DNA of 64,000 nt from NCBI GenBank assembly GCA_963663865.1, contig OY760686.1, positions 1,376,001 through 1,440,000 of the forward strand. Reading direction: 5' to 3'. Below, piece by piece: positions 18,438 to 28,378 of the stretch. This DNA comes from Spirochaetota bacterium. GTDB lineage: Bacteria; Spirochaetota; UBA4802; UBA5550. How positions within the stretch are numbered: position 1 is the first letter of the stretch; each line of letters starts with the position of its first letter. Both the position numbers and the translations under genes were made by a program. Below the pieces are notes generated by a model. The model saw nothing but the letters and a program-made list of their open reading frames with translations, did no database searches and had not been told where the DNA came from.

Positions 18438-18737
18438 ATGAAGATACAGTCGGTAGAGAGTAACGGTTCCATCACGCTGAGCATTGAGGGTGAGATGGAG
18501 AATCTTTCAATGAAAGACATGCGTGAGGCTCTGGACAGGGTCATTAATACGAGCGATCTCGATTTGAAGGTCGATTTCACGAACGTTGAGTATATTGATT
18601 CTTCCGGAATCGGTATGCTTATCTACGCCTATAAGTCGCTCAAGGACCAGGGCCGCAATTTCAGGCTTATGAATCTCTCAGACAGAGTCGCCGGAATTCT
18701 TGAGATGAGCTCGCTTTCTGAAGTAATAGCTGACTGA
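18438..18737 (+). CDS. STAS domain anti-sigma factor antagonist
   Basis: VDFTNVEYIDSSGIGML with the conserved phospho-Ser motif. Confidence 0.9.
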   Translation: MKIQSVESNGSITLSIEGEMENLSMKDMREALDRVINTSDLDLKVDFTNVEYIDSSGIGMLIYAYKSLKDQGRNFRLMNLSDRVAGILEMSSLSEVIAD

Positions 18738-18740
18738 CGG

Positions 18741-19394
18741 TCAGAATTTTTTTGCCTCCCAAACACCTCTGTGACCGGTCTTCGAATAGCTCCCCTTGAT
18801 GATTTTGCCGCCTGCGCTGTATTTTCCATTGTAGTGCTGGACGAAGTAGGCCCCCGCGCCTGTTTTTCTAAGCTCCGCCGGCGTGCTGACTGATCTTTTG
18901 AAGTAGAGCGAGTTTCCTTTAATTGTTACGTTCTTGAGGTATTCGACCGCACCATGAGCCCAGTTCGGAAATTTGACAGCTCCGTAAATACGGCCGTTCT
19001 TTTCCCACAGGCTGAGCGTGCCTCTGTGGGCGGAGACATTGATGTGGTAATTCCCCAGATATTGCGGAGGCACAGAGGCCGCGTCCTCGTCCCCTTCATC
19101 GTCGATGTATTCAATAAAGCTGATATCCTCAAGCCCGATTGCCGAAAGCGAGTAGTCAATATCGTTCCGGGCAAGAAGTTCCTTTTTCGAATCATGGGAA
19201 GGATATGAACGTGTCATAATCACATAACCGCCCGCGAACACAAACCTGTTTGCGCGAAAAAACTCTCCGGACTGTGTTTTTACAATGGCGCTTCTTGATG
19301 GAGCAAATGATGCGATCAGCAGAAGTATCAGGATTGATAATGCTCCCGCGGCAAAGACCAGGGCTGTTCTTTTTAATGATATTTTATTTTCCAC
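18741..19394 (-). CDS. Hypothetical membrane-anchored protein
   Basis: N-terminal hydrophobic helix; overlaps the stop of the TPR gene, suggesting coupling. Confidence 0.7.
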   Translation of the reverse strand: MENKISLKRTALVFAAGALSILILLLIASFAPSRSAIVKTQSGEFFRANRFVFAGGYVIMTRSYPSHDSKKELLARNDIDYSLSAIGLEDISFIEYIDDEGDEDAASVPPQYLGNYHINVSAHRGTLSLWEKNGRIYGAVKFPNWAHGAVEYLKNVTIKGNSLYFKRSVSTPAELRKTGAGAYFVQHYNGKYSAGGKIIKGSYSKTGHRGVWEAKKF

Positions 19395-20328
19395 TTTTAC
19401 CGTCCGAAATATTCAGGGCCTTTACCGTGGTCAGCTCAGCCATATCGTGATTGCCGAGCTGACGGTATATTCCCGCAAGGTTTATGAGGTACTCGCTGTT
19501 ATCCGGTTCAATCTTAACCGCCTGCTTCATAAGGGCAAGAGATTTTCTGAGAAAATAAACTCTCTTTCCGGGAAGAGGTTTGTTTACGAGTATACTGGCC
19601 AGATGGAAATAGCCGGGCGCACATCCGGGTAGTGATTTGAGCAGTTTTTCGAGCGTCTCAACGGCGGCGGTAAAGTTATTTCCTGCCCTGTAAAGCGATG
19701 CGAGTGTTATGAAGGCCTCGTCGCAGACAGGACAGAGCTCGACCGCTCTTTGAAGCTCGACTTCCGCCTGCGCAAGTTTACCCTGCCTGAAGAGCTCAAG
19801 CCCTCTGTCAAGATGAGGCCTGTATTGTGCCTCAGTTGCAAGTCGTGCCCGCGAGATTGCTGAAAGGTAGCTCTCATGTTCCCCGCGGCGATAGTAGTGA
19901 CGCACGACTGCGGTCAGACCGGGAGCGTATCCAGCATCCAGAGAGAGGCATTTTTGCAGGCTGCTGAAAGCGGAGTTGACGTCGCCTAATCTTTCGAAGG
20001 TAACTGAGAGCTTATAGTGTGACTGCGCTGTGCTTTCATTCGAAGCCGCAGCATTGAGATACAGGGAGTGAGCTTCCTCAATCCTGCCCATTTTGAGGTA
20101 TACATCACCCAGCAGTTCTGAGGCTTCAGCTTTACCCGGTTCCTTTATCAGGGCCAGCCTCAGGCTTTCAACGGCAAAGCTGTACATCTCTGCTTTATAC
20201 TGTTTAGCACCTCGCCTCAGGTAGAAGTCTGAGCTTTCCTTCAGAAGCTCCTGTGAAACTATTTCTCCATCCGGAACAAGAAAAAATAAGATGAAGACGG
20301 TTATAAAAAATGAATTCCTTGTTGACAT
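19384..20328 (-). CDS. Tetratricopeptide repeat protein, exported
   Basis: Multiple TPR-type helices (LLGDVYLKMG, NLAGIYRQLG). True start is MSTRNSFF at 20328; the longer ORF runs antisense through tRNA-Phe. Confidence 0.85.
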   Translation of the reverse strand: MSTRNSFFITVFILFFLVPDGEIVSQELLKESSDFYLRRGAKQYKAEMYSFAVESLRLALIKEPGKAEASELLGDVYLKMGRIEEAHSLYLNAAASNESTAQSHYKLSVTFERLGDVNSAFSSLQKCLSLDAGYAPGLTAVVRHYYRRGEHESYLSAISRARLATEAQYRPHLDRGLELFRQGKLAQAEVELQRAVELCPVCDEAFITLASLYRAGNNFTAAVETLEKLLKSLPGCAPGYFHLASILVNKPLPGKRVYFLRKSLALMKQAVKIEPDNSEYLINLAGIYRQLGNHDMAELTTVKALNISDGKSGK

Positions 20329-20363
20329 ATTCAACCTGTATATTATTTTCGTACTTGTTTGAT

Positions 20364-20436
<73 letters not shown>

Positions 20437-20453
20437 ATCTCTTTTTCCAACCT

Positions 20454-20655
20454 CATTTACCATTTACCATTTACCATTTACCATTTACCATTTACCATTT
20501 ACCATTTACCATTTACCATTTACCATTTACCATTTACCATTTACCATTTACCATTTACCATTTACCATTTACCATTTACCATTTACCATTTACCATTTAC
20601 CATTTACCATTTACCATTTACCATTTACCATTTACCATTTACCATTTACCATTTA
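20454..20655. repeat. Perfect heptanucleotide tandem repeat (CATTTAC)x28 plus partial unit
   Basis: Read directly: 28 full units 20454-20649 followed by CATTTA. Confidence 0.98.
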
Positions 20656-21009
20656 TCGGTTCTACCTCTAACTTCTCAAGTTTTTTATCATCTTGACAAA
20701 ATACCGTTCTGATATTTTCTGTAACTGTTGCTGTTTTGAAATATTGGCGCGCTTTTATGTTCAATGCCGGGCTTCGGTCTGTTCGATGCAGCATTTTTTC
20801 TGGAATGACGTTTCTTTTCATCAGGGATAAGGCCCGTGATGTCATAAGAGTAACGAAGGCCTGCTTTTTCCAAAGGCGAGGTGGACCGGGAATGATTCCC
20901 CGATCAGATGCAGAGACAGGGAAGTTTTATCGATAGTATTTTTGTAAGGAATTTCCCCGGTTTTCTTGATGAATTAATGAAATGAATAAATACAGTTTGG
21001 GGTACAGCT

Positions 21010-22281
21010 ATGATTGATCCAAAGATAATCCGTGAAGATATAGGACTTGTGAAGGATATCCTCGAAAGAAGGAACATGAGTTCTGCTGTCGATGTTGATG
21101 CGCTTGCCGCGCTTGATGAAGAGAGACGTTCTCTCATTCTTAAATCCGATGAGTATCGAGAGGTCAGAAATCGCCTTTCAAAGGAGATCGGCGCTATTAA
21201 GTCGAAAGGCGGCGATGCTTCAGCTATAATGGATGAGGTGCAGAAGGCTGCTGACGGCATAAAGTCATGCGAGTCGAGACTTGCGGAAATCGAGGGGGAT
21301 TTCAGCGAAATGCATCTCTCTGTTCCAAACATCCTTGATGCTTCAGTTCCCACAGGCAGGGATGACTCGGAAAACATAGTTGTGCGCGAGTGGGGAGAGA
21401 AGCCTTCTTTTAACTTCGACCCGAAGCCTCATTATGACCTTGGTACGGAGATGGGTATTCTGGACTTTGAAAGAGGCGTTAAGCTCGCGGGCGCAAGATT
21501 CTATGTCTACAGAGGGCTGGCGGCTCAACTTGAAAGGGCCATTCTTTCTTTCATGCTTGATCTGCATACCACTGAACACGGCTACACCGAGATTTTCGCA
21601 CCGTTCATTGTAAACGATGAGAGCATGACAGGAACGGGGCAGTATCCAAAGTTTAAAGATGAGTACTACAGGATGGACAGAGACGGTCTATCGCTGATTC
21701 CAACAGCAGAAGTGCCGTTAACAAATCTGTACCGGGATGAGATTATCGACGGCAAGGAGCTTCCAATATCGGTGACAATGCAGTCATCGTGCTTCAGGAG
21801 GGAGGCAGGCGCCGCGGGCCGCGACACAAGGGGCCTTGTCAGGGTGCATCAGTTCCAAAAAGTTGAACTTGTTAAATTTGTGGAGCCGGAAAACTCGTCT
21901 GAAGAGCTTGAACGTCTCACAGCTAACGCTGAAGAGGTTCTCAAGAGGCTGAAAATACATTACAGGGTTGTTCTGCTATGCAGCGGCGACACTTCGGCTT
22001 CTTCGTCCAAGACCTACGACATTGAGGTTTGGATGCCCGGGCTGAACCGCTACCTTGAGATATCATCCTGCTCTAACTTTCTTGACTATCAGGCCAGAAG
22101 AGCAAGAATACGCTATAAGAAAGACCAGGGGACAAAGCCGGCCTTTGTGCATACACTCAACGGTTCGGGCCTGGCTGCCGGCAGAACGCTTGCCGCGATA
22201 ATGGAGAACTATCAGACGGCTGAAGGCAACATAGCCATACCAGAGGTTCTTAAACCATACATGAAGGGATTAAAAGCCTGA
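21010..22281 (+). CDS. serS: Seryl-tRNA synthetase
   Basis: MIDPKIIR coiled-coil N-terminus, LIPTAEVPL, FRREAG, GLVRVHQFQKVE, EISSCSN, HTLNGSGLA. Confidence 0.98.
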   Translation: MIDPKIIREDIGLVKDILERRNMSSAVDVDALAALDEERRSLILKSDEYREVRNRLSKEIGAIKSKGGDASAIMDEVQKAADGIKSCESRLAEIEGDFSEMHLSVPNILDASVPTGRDDSENIVVREWGEKPSFNFDPKPHYDLGTEMGILDFERGVKLAGARFYVYRGLAAQLERAILSFMLDLHTTEHGYTEIFAPFIVNDESMTGTGQYPKFKDEYYRMDRDGLSLIPTAEVPLTNLYRDEIIDGKELPISVTMQSSCFRREAGAAGRDTRGLVRVHQFQKVELVKFVEPENSSEELERLTANAEEVLKRLKIHYRVVLLCSGDTSASSSKTYDIEVWMPGLNRYLEISSCSNFLDYQARRARIRYKKDQGTKPAFVHTLNGSGLAAGRTLAAIMENYQTAEGNIAIPEVLKPYMKGLKA

Positions 22282-22295
22282 GTATGAAGGCCCCG

Positions 22296-23501
22296 CTAAA
22301 GTGAAGCAGGGGCCTCAATTTTTATCTCCTCGATTCCATCCGCCTCAAGAACCTCTGAGATGCTTCTCAGCTTTGAGTTTAGAAAGTCGATCCGCTTCTG
22401 AGAAGCAGCTTTTTCCTCTGCTGACCCATTTTTCCCAAGTTCAACTGATTCTGTAATCTCCGACTCAATTGTCGTTGTCTGGATATGCCTTCCTCCCTTC
22501 TTCGAGACCTTGTTCTCGGTCATAATCGGGACAAGAGTGAAGGACGCATTGATTCCCGATTCAGACTGTTTCAGGTTAGTTTTTAGAATCACAGAATCTC
22601 TGGTGCTCAACATGGTTCCGGACTTCAGCCTGTGGGAGCTGCTTTGATTGGAAATAAAGTTGCCCAGGCTGTAGAAAACATGGACCTTCCTGCCGTCAGG
22701 GAAGACCATCCTTTCAACTGGAAGAAGTATGTGCGGGTGATGTCCCACGAAGAGGTCAACACCGCGCTCCATGTACGACTTGATAATTTCTCTGTCCTTA
22801 TCTGCCGGGCTGGGAATGTATTCAGCTCCAAAATGACCCGTCATTACAAGATAATCGCATTTACCCTTCATGAGGTCAATATCTTCAAACATATCTTCTC
22901 TGCTGTAGAACATATTGAGATGGAAATCTTTCGTCTTTTTTGGAGCAAAAAAATTCATGACACCGGTATTTGACAGAAAGCCGATTCTGATTCCGTTTAC
23001 ATTTTTTATTATTCCGCCCCTCGCGGAGACTTCGTCAGTACCGGCGCCGATGAATTCAAGTCCGTACTCTTTCAGAAACTTCATTGTGGAACGCGCGCCG
23101 GTTACCCCCTGGTCAAGAAGGTGATTGTTGGCTATCGTCACCATCGTGAAGCCTGCCTTCTGCATCGCAGGTATGATTTCCGGTCTGGAGTTGAATATCA
23201 TGGGGCGGCTGGAAAATGGGTGTTTGACGGGAAACTCCATGTTGCCCTGAACTACGTCGCAGTCCTTGAACTCGCCGGATATCCTGTCGAAAAGCACATC
23301 AAAACCGCCGTTGTTTAGAACCTTGCCTGTCTGCTCACAGTGCTCCATGTTTCTTGCGGCGCAGTTCTTCACGGGAATATGCATCATAATATCGCCGGTG
23401 AAGGCGATAACAGCGGGCGGGTTTTCAGCTGAGGATTTACATCCCGCAGCCAGTAAAGGAATCAAAAGTAAAAAAACTATTTTTTTAAGAAAAATATTCA
23501 T
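22296..23501 (-). CDS. CapA/PgsA-family metallophosphoesterase lipoprotein
   Basis: FTGDIMMH, GNME, IANNHLLDQG, HFGAEY, GHHPH, YSLGNFISNQ; lipobox LAAGC. Confidence 0.9.
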   Translation of the reverse strand: MNIFLKKIVFLLLIPLLAAGCKSSAENPPAVIAFTGDIMMHIPVKNCAARNMEHCEQTGKVLNNGGFDVLFDRISGEFKDCDVVQGNMEFPVKHPFSSRPMIFNSRPEIIPAMQKAGFTMVTIANNHLLDQGVTGARSTMKFLKEYGLEFIGAGTDEVSARGGIIKNVNGIRIGFLSNTGVMNFFAPKKTKDFHLNMFYSREDMFEDIDLMKGKCDYLVMTGHFGAEYIPSPADKDREIIKSYMERGVDLFVGHHPHILLPVERMVFPDGRKVHVFYSLGNFISNQSSSHRLKSGTMLSTRDSVILKTNLKQSESGINASFTLVPIMTENKVSKKGGRHIQTTTIESEITESVELGKNGSAEEKAASQKRIDFLNSKLRSISEVLEADGIEEIKIEAPASL

Positions 23502-23742
23502 AAACAACCTGTTGAAATAATTTTGCAATAATTACATGCTCTTATTGCGTACCTGACCTGTTCTCAGGCCCGCGGCAGAGGATTATGTCCGCATACGAGT
23601 CATTTTTTAGTTCTGAAGCGCTTATTCAAGTGTTTTTTGGAATAGCGTCAACAATTGTCCAAAGAAAAGCTTTACAATATTCCAATACTGGTATCTTATT
23701 CTCCGATTGACGTTATAGTCATGTTTTTATGAGCTGAATCCC

Positions 23743-24960
23743 ATGAAAAGAATTCCATTACATTACCAGATTCTGGCGGGTATTGCTGCGGGCGCGGCAG
23801 CCGGCATGACGCTTCCTGAGTTCGCCGGAGCGTTCAAGACCGCGGGAGAGCTCTTTGTCAGGGCACTGAAGATGCTTGTTGTGCCTTTGATTATAAGTTC
23901 GCTTGTGTCAGGGGTCACATCGAATTCGGCACCGGGCGGAGCGGGCAGGATAGGGCTGAAGGCCGCTCTGTACTATCTCTTTACAAGCCTGCTGGCTCTC
24001 AGTACCGGACTTTTTCTTGTGAACATCATCAGGCCCGGCGATGGAGTTTCCATTCCGATACCAGCCGATACAGCAGGTGTACAGGCAGCTGAAATCGGCG
24101 ATACACTGAAGAGCATTATCCCTGAAAATATTTTCAACGCGATGTCAGGATCAGACATGCTTGGAATCATTGTATTCACTCTCATGTTTGCTTTTTTTAT
24201 AACGAAGCTTCAGGATGAAAAGAGGAAGCTTCTTTCTTCTTTTTTTACTGCCGTATTTGAAGTAATGATGAAGATGACAATGGCGGTTATACGCTTTGCT
24301 CCTGTCGGTGTAATGGGAATTGTTGCCGGGGTGGTTGCTGATCAGAGCGGCTCGCCCGAGGGGCTTGCAAAGCTTGCAGCAGGGCTTGGCCTTTTCGCGC
24401 TGACCGTGCTGGCAGGACTGGCCGTGCATTTCTTTGTAACCCTGCCTGCGGTTTTATTCATAGCAGCAGGTGTAAATCCGCTCAGACATTACAGGGCAAT
24501 GTCGTCCGTGCTCCTCACTGCATTTTCAACTTCGAGTTCCAATGCCACCCTGCCTTTGACAATCGAAGCAGTCGAGAAAAACTCCGGTGTTTCAAACAGG
24601 ATTGCCGGGCTTACCCTGCCTCTGGGAGCGACTGTGAACATGGACGGCACCGGGCTCTACGAGCTGGTAGTGGCCGGTTTCGCGGCCCAGCTTCTGGGGA
24701 TTGAGCTGACAATATTTCAGCAGCTGGTTATGGTTGTCACGGCCCTGTTCGCTTCAATTGGGACGGCTGGAATACCGATGGCAAGCTACGCGGCAATGGC
24801 GGTCGTTTTTACGGCTGTAGGGCTGCCTATTGAGGCAATGCTTGTTGTCATGCCGATTGACCGGCCCCTTGACATGCTGAGGACGTCGATAAATGTGCTC
24901 AGTGACACAGTGGGCGCGGTTGTTATTGCGAAATCGGAGAAAGAAAAGCTTAAATACTAA
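23743..24960 (+). CDS. Dicarboxylate/amino acid:cation symporter (DAACS, GltP-like)
   Basis: LKMLVVPL, AFSTSSSNATLP, LPLGATVNMDGT, DRPLDMLRTSINV. Confidence 0.93.
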   Translation: MKRIPLHYQILAGIAAGAAAGMTLPEFAGAFKTAGELFVRALKMLVVPLIISSLVSGVTSNSAPGGAGRIGLKAALYYLFTSLLALSTGLFLVNIIRPGDGVSIPIPADTAGVQAAEIGDTLKSIIPENIFNAMSGSDMLGIIVFTLMFAFFITKLQDEKRKLLSSFFTAVFEVMMKMTMAVIRFAPVGVMGIVAGVVADQSGSPEGLAKLAAGLGLFALTVLAGLAVHFFVTLPAVLFIAAGVNPLRHYRAMSSVLLTAFSTSSSNATLPLTIEAVEKNSGVSNRIAGLTLPLGATVNMDGTGLYELVVAGFAAQLLGIELTIFQQLVMVVTALFASIGTAGIPMASYAAMAVVFTAVGLPIEAMLVVMPIDRPLDMLRTSINVLSDTVGAVVIAKSEKEKLKY

Positions 24961-24991
24961 TTCCTTAAAAAAGCAGGCATGGAGGTCCGGA

Positions 24992-26416
24992 ATGAAGATG
25001 CTGGTTGCTATCTCGAACTATGGAACGGCCAATGACCGCTACAGAGACAGGCTTTTGAAGGAATACCTCGCCATGAGCTTTGAAACGGACATAGTGCTTA
25101 TGGCAGAAAAGGTGAAAGATATCCCCGCTCATCCGAACATATCTCTGATTACGGGCCTTCCGTCCAGGGATCCATGGTCGCTGCCTTTTCTACACCGTCC
25201 CCTCTTTATTGAGAGGCAGGATGACTACGATCTTTTCGTTTACTCAGAGGACGATACTTTGCTCACCGAGGCTAATGTCAACGCGTTCCTTGAGGCTGAC
25301 AGGCTTTTGCCGGAAGGAATGATTCCCGGATTTCTCCGCTATGAAGAGGGGCCGGACGGGCAGCGTTACTGTTCGACAATGCATGCCTTTTATCACTGGG
25401 ATGTCGGCTCTGTTGCTGAATACGGAGGCAAGCTTTTCGGCTATTACACAAATGAACACGGGGCGCTCTATATTCTTACGCGCGGACAGCTAAAAAAGGC
25501 CATCGCCTCTGGAGGCTATACTGTTACCCCGCATGCGGGGATGTACGATATGCTTGTGTCAGCCGCCACAGATCCTTACACAATGTGCGGTCTGAAAAAG
25601 ATGATATGCCTTTCAGATATTCAGAACTTTATGCTCCACCACCTTCCAAATATCTACAGCATCAATGCCGGCCGCTCCATTCAGAACATCCTGAGCTACA
25701 GCGATCTCAGGGAGGAAATCAGGGCAATGGAAATACTCTGGAGCGAAGGCAGGGTCTCAGAGAGGCTTTTCCCGTTGCCTCAAAAACTTCCCACGCGTGA
25801 GTTTAACAGGGTGTTTCACACAAAAGGCAAGGGGGGGATAACGGCCCTTGCCGGGACTCCGCCCAAAAGAATTCTCTCTGTCGGCTGTGTTGATGGAAAA
25901 GACGAAAGACATTTGATGGATATGGGGCATTCCGTCAGGGCTGTGCCCGCTGACGGAATTATTGCCGTTCTGGCTTCAGGGAAGGGCGTCCGGCTGACCT
26001 CGCCGAATCTTGACTCAGCGCTGAAGGAACTCGAAGGAGAAAGCTTTGATTTGATTTTGCTCGATAATGTTCTCCAGTACTTCCAGAAGCCCTCAGAGCT
26101 CCTGTTGAGACTGAGAGAAAGCGCCGGAAATGACGCGTCTGCTATTCTCGTTGCAAGGAACCTGAAAAGCGTTACGATGTATCGAAAACGCAAGGTCGGG
26201 GCAGCCCGACGCTTGCTTGGTGATTTTAGCAGGTCAGGAATCTATTTTACCGATCTGTCAGTAATAAGGTCGTGGATTAAACAGTCCGGCATGAGAATTG
26301 ACTCAATTGTGCCTGTCATGGGAAGAAAAAAGCGAATTCTGAACAGGCTGACGTTGGGGGTGCTGATGAGATTTTTCGCTGACGAGTTTATTGTGAAGGC
26401 AGTGCCCTCTAAGTGA
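24992..26416 (+). CDS. Putative glycosyltransferase-like domain fused to a class I SAM methyltransferase-like domain
   Basis: N-half YDLFVYSEDDTLL (DxD-like); C-half RILSVGCVDG and ESFDLILLDNVLQYFQKP; GGAGG RBS before ATG 24992. Confidence 0.6.
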   Translation: MKMLVAISNYGTANDRYRDRLLKEYLAMSFETDIVLMAEKVKDIPAHPNISLITGLPSRDPWSLPFLHRPLFIERQDDYDLFVYSEDDTLLTEANVNAFLEADRLLPEGMIPGFLRYEEGPDGQRYCSTMHAFYHWDVGSVAEYGGKLFGYYTNEHGALYILTRGQLKKAIASGGYTVTPHAGMYDMLVSAATDPYTMCGLKKMICLSDIQNFMLHHLPNIYSINAGRSIQNILSYSDLREEIRAMEILWSEGRVSERLFPLPQKLPTREFNRVFHTKGKGGITALAGTPPKRILSVGCVDGKDERHLMDMGHSVRAVPADGIIAVLASGKGVRLTSPNLDSALKELEGESFDLILLDNVLQYFQKPSELLLRLRESAGNDASAILVARNLKSVTMYRKRKVGAARRLLGDFSRSGIYFTDLSVIRSWIKQSGMRIDSIVPVMGRKKRILNRLTLGVLMRFFADEFIVKAVPSK

Positions 26417-26478
26417 ATCTAAAGGCCGTTATCATCCGACGGATAGAGCTGAAGCTTTCACAAGCCCGTGCTGAATAA

Positions 26479-26511
26479 AAGAAGCCCCCGGCAATCTGCC
26501 GGGGGCTTCTT
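26479..26511. terminator. Bidirectional intrinsic terminator
   Basis: AAGAAGCCCCCGGCA-atc-TGCCGGGGGCTTCTT between a convergent CDS and tRNA-Gly. Confidence 0.85.
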
Positions 26512-26522
26512 GGTGTACGATG

Positions 26523-26593
26523 AGCGGGTGATGAGAATCGAACTCACGTAGTCAGCTTGGAAGGCTGAAGTTCTACCATTGAACTACACCCGC
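26523..26593 (-). tRNA. tRNA-Gly (TCC)
   Basis: Reverse complement reads GCGGGTG-TAGTTCAATGGTAGAAC-T-TCAGC-CTTCCAA-GCTGA-...GTTCGATTC...CACCCGC-T. Confidence 0.96.
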
Positions 26594-26744
26594 ATGTTAT
26601 ATTTACATTGATATCTGACCTCCCTGCTGTGTCAATAAAAATTGCAAAAAAATCTTACCTCAAAGAGAAAAAATTTTCGCTCTCTGGTATAAAAAACCTC
26701 TTTGTGCCCGGTCATTTGATGTGCAATAAAACAGCGTTTTTTGA

Positions 26745-26790
26745 TTGACAATTATGTCTCATTTGGGTATTTGTGGGGGAAAGTGGGGAT
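26745..26790 (+). promoter_or_regulatory. dcw promoter with MraZ-binding boxes
   Basis: TTGACA-N17-TATTTG overlapping (G)TGGG repeats at 10-bp spacing (TGGG 26764, GTGGG 26773, GTGGG 26783). Confidence 0.75.
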
Positions 26791-26824
26791 TTTTGTTGAA
26801 TTAATTCCTGCGAGGGGTCGCCGA

Positions 26825-27256
26825 ATGTTCATGGGAGAATATCATCCGGTCGCTGATGAGAAGGGCAGGGTTGCCGTTCCAGTCAGGCTGCGCAAGGCTT
26901 TCGGCGATGATATCAGCACGCTTGTTTTAACCCATGGCTTTGACCGATGCATAATGGGTTTCCGTGAATCAGATTGGAAGGAATTTGTTGAGACGAGGCT
27001 TGTACCGCTCTCGCAGTCTGATCCGGATAACCGCAAAAAGGTACGCTTTTTGTTGGGCGGCGCCTCCGTTTGTGAGCTTGACAGGCAGGGCAGGCTGCTT
27101 CTGCCGTCATATCTGAAGGACTATGCCGGCATTGAGAAGGCTCTTGCAGTCCTTGGTGTTTACGACCGGATTGAGATATGGTCGGAAGAATCCTATTTGA
27201 GTTATAAGCCTGCCGGAAGTTGTCTTGATGAATTCGCAGGCGATCTTGGTCTTTAG
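26825..27256 (+). CDS. mraZ: Transcriptional regulator MraZ
   Basis: MFMGEY...DEKGRVAVP and ELDRQGRLLLP (two DxxGR repeats); first gene of the dcw cluster. Confidence 0.96.
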   Translation: MFMGEYHPVADEKGRVAVPVRLRKAFGDDISTLVLTHGFDRCIMGFRESDWKEFVETRLVPLSQSDPDNRKKVRFLLGGASVCELDRQGRLLLPSYLKDYAGIEKALAVLGVYDRIEIWSEESYLSYKPAGSCLDEFAGDLGL

Positions 27257-27313
27257 TTTTGAGCGTTGATCTTTCCGGGATTGTCCGGACAGAATATATA
27301 AAAGCGGAATACA

Positions 27314-28285
27314 ATGAGACATAATCTTGAAGAGGCTGTTAATCCTGAATTCGCGCACATCCCCATTATGTGGAGGGAGATGTTCGAGTTTGTGGAAGGT
27401 TCTGCTTCGGGCGGAAAGGGGACCCTGGTGGATTGCACCCTGGGCGAGGGAGGCCACTCGGACCTGTTTCTGCGCTTTTTCCCTGATTTAAAGGTCATCG
27501 CTTTTGAGAGAGACCCCGAGATTCTGGAGGTTGCCGGGAGGCGGCTTTCGGTTCACGGTGACCGTATCTCATTCGCAAACAGTAATTTCTCCGAGGCCGC
27601 TGAAAGGCTTTCGGAGATGGGTGCCAGGGCGGACTATGTCCTTTATGACTTCGGGATATCGTCCTTTCACTTTGACAGAAGCGGGAGGGGCTTCGGTTTT
27701 AAGGAAGATGAGCCGCTTGACATGCGGCTTGGTTCCAATTCGGACGGCCTAACGGCCGAAAGAATTGTGAACAGATTCAGCGAGGATGAGCTGACGGATA
27801 TTTTTTACCGATACGGAGAAGAAAACTGGTCGAGGCACATCGCGCGGATAATATGCGAACGGCGCCAGAAGAGGCCGCTGATGACCACGGGAGAGCTTGC
27901 ACAGCTTGTGCTTGAGGCAATTCCTAAGAAGTTTCATGTGAGAAATATTCATCCGGCAACGAGAATATTTCAGGCTATCCGAATCAGGGTTAACGATGAG
28001 CTGACGGCTATTGAATCGGCCCTTAAGGGCATTCGGTCAGTCTGTGCTCCAGGGGCCCTGATTATGGCAATGTCCTTTCACTCGCTGGAGGACCGTATAG
28101 TAAAAGAGCGTTTCAGGCTGCTCCACAGGGGCTGTGAGTGCGGTCATGAGCCTAAAATGTGCGTTTGCACTAATAAGCCCTTTGTCGAGATTCTCACAAA
28201 GAAGCCGCTGATGGCACAGGAAGACGAGGTCGCTCTTAACCGGAGGTCCAGAAGCGCGAGATTGAGAGTTTGCCGTGTTATTTAG
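27314..28285 (+). CDS. rsmH: 16S rRNA m4C1402 methyltransferase
   Basis: DCTLGEGGHS, DFGISS, PLDMR, HPATRIFQAIRI, SFHSLEDRIVK, RSRSARLR. Confidence 0.97.
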   Translation: MRHNLEEAVNPEFAHIPIMWREMFEFVEGSASGGKGTLVDCTLGEGGHSDLFLRFFPDLKVIAFERDPEILEVAGRRLSVHGDRISFANSNFSEAAERLSEMGARADYVLYDFGISSFHFDRSGRGFGFKEDEPLDMRLGSNSDGLTAERIVNRFSEDELTDIFYRYGEENWSRHIARIICERRQKRPLMTTGELAQLVLEAIPKKFHVRNIHPATRIFQAIRIRVNDELTAIESALKGIRSVCAPGALIMAMSFHSLEDRIVKERFRLLHRGCECGHEPKMCVCTNKPFVEILTKKPLMAQEDEVALNRRSRSARLRVCRVI

Positions 28286-28378
28286 CGTTTTTTGTTTTTT
28301 CTAAAAGATGGTTGAAAGAGCGGCTGTATATAAAAAGTCTGTCACGTTGCCTTTTCTGGCAACCTGAGGAGGCTGGCG

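Noticed and set aside
20700-21009. T-box riboswitch upstream of serS
   Set aside because: GAGGTGGACC lacks one base of the GGTGGNACC bulge consensus, and I see no clear stem I or terminator. An Rfam scan would be needed.
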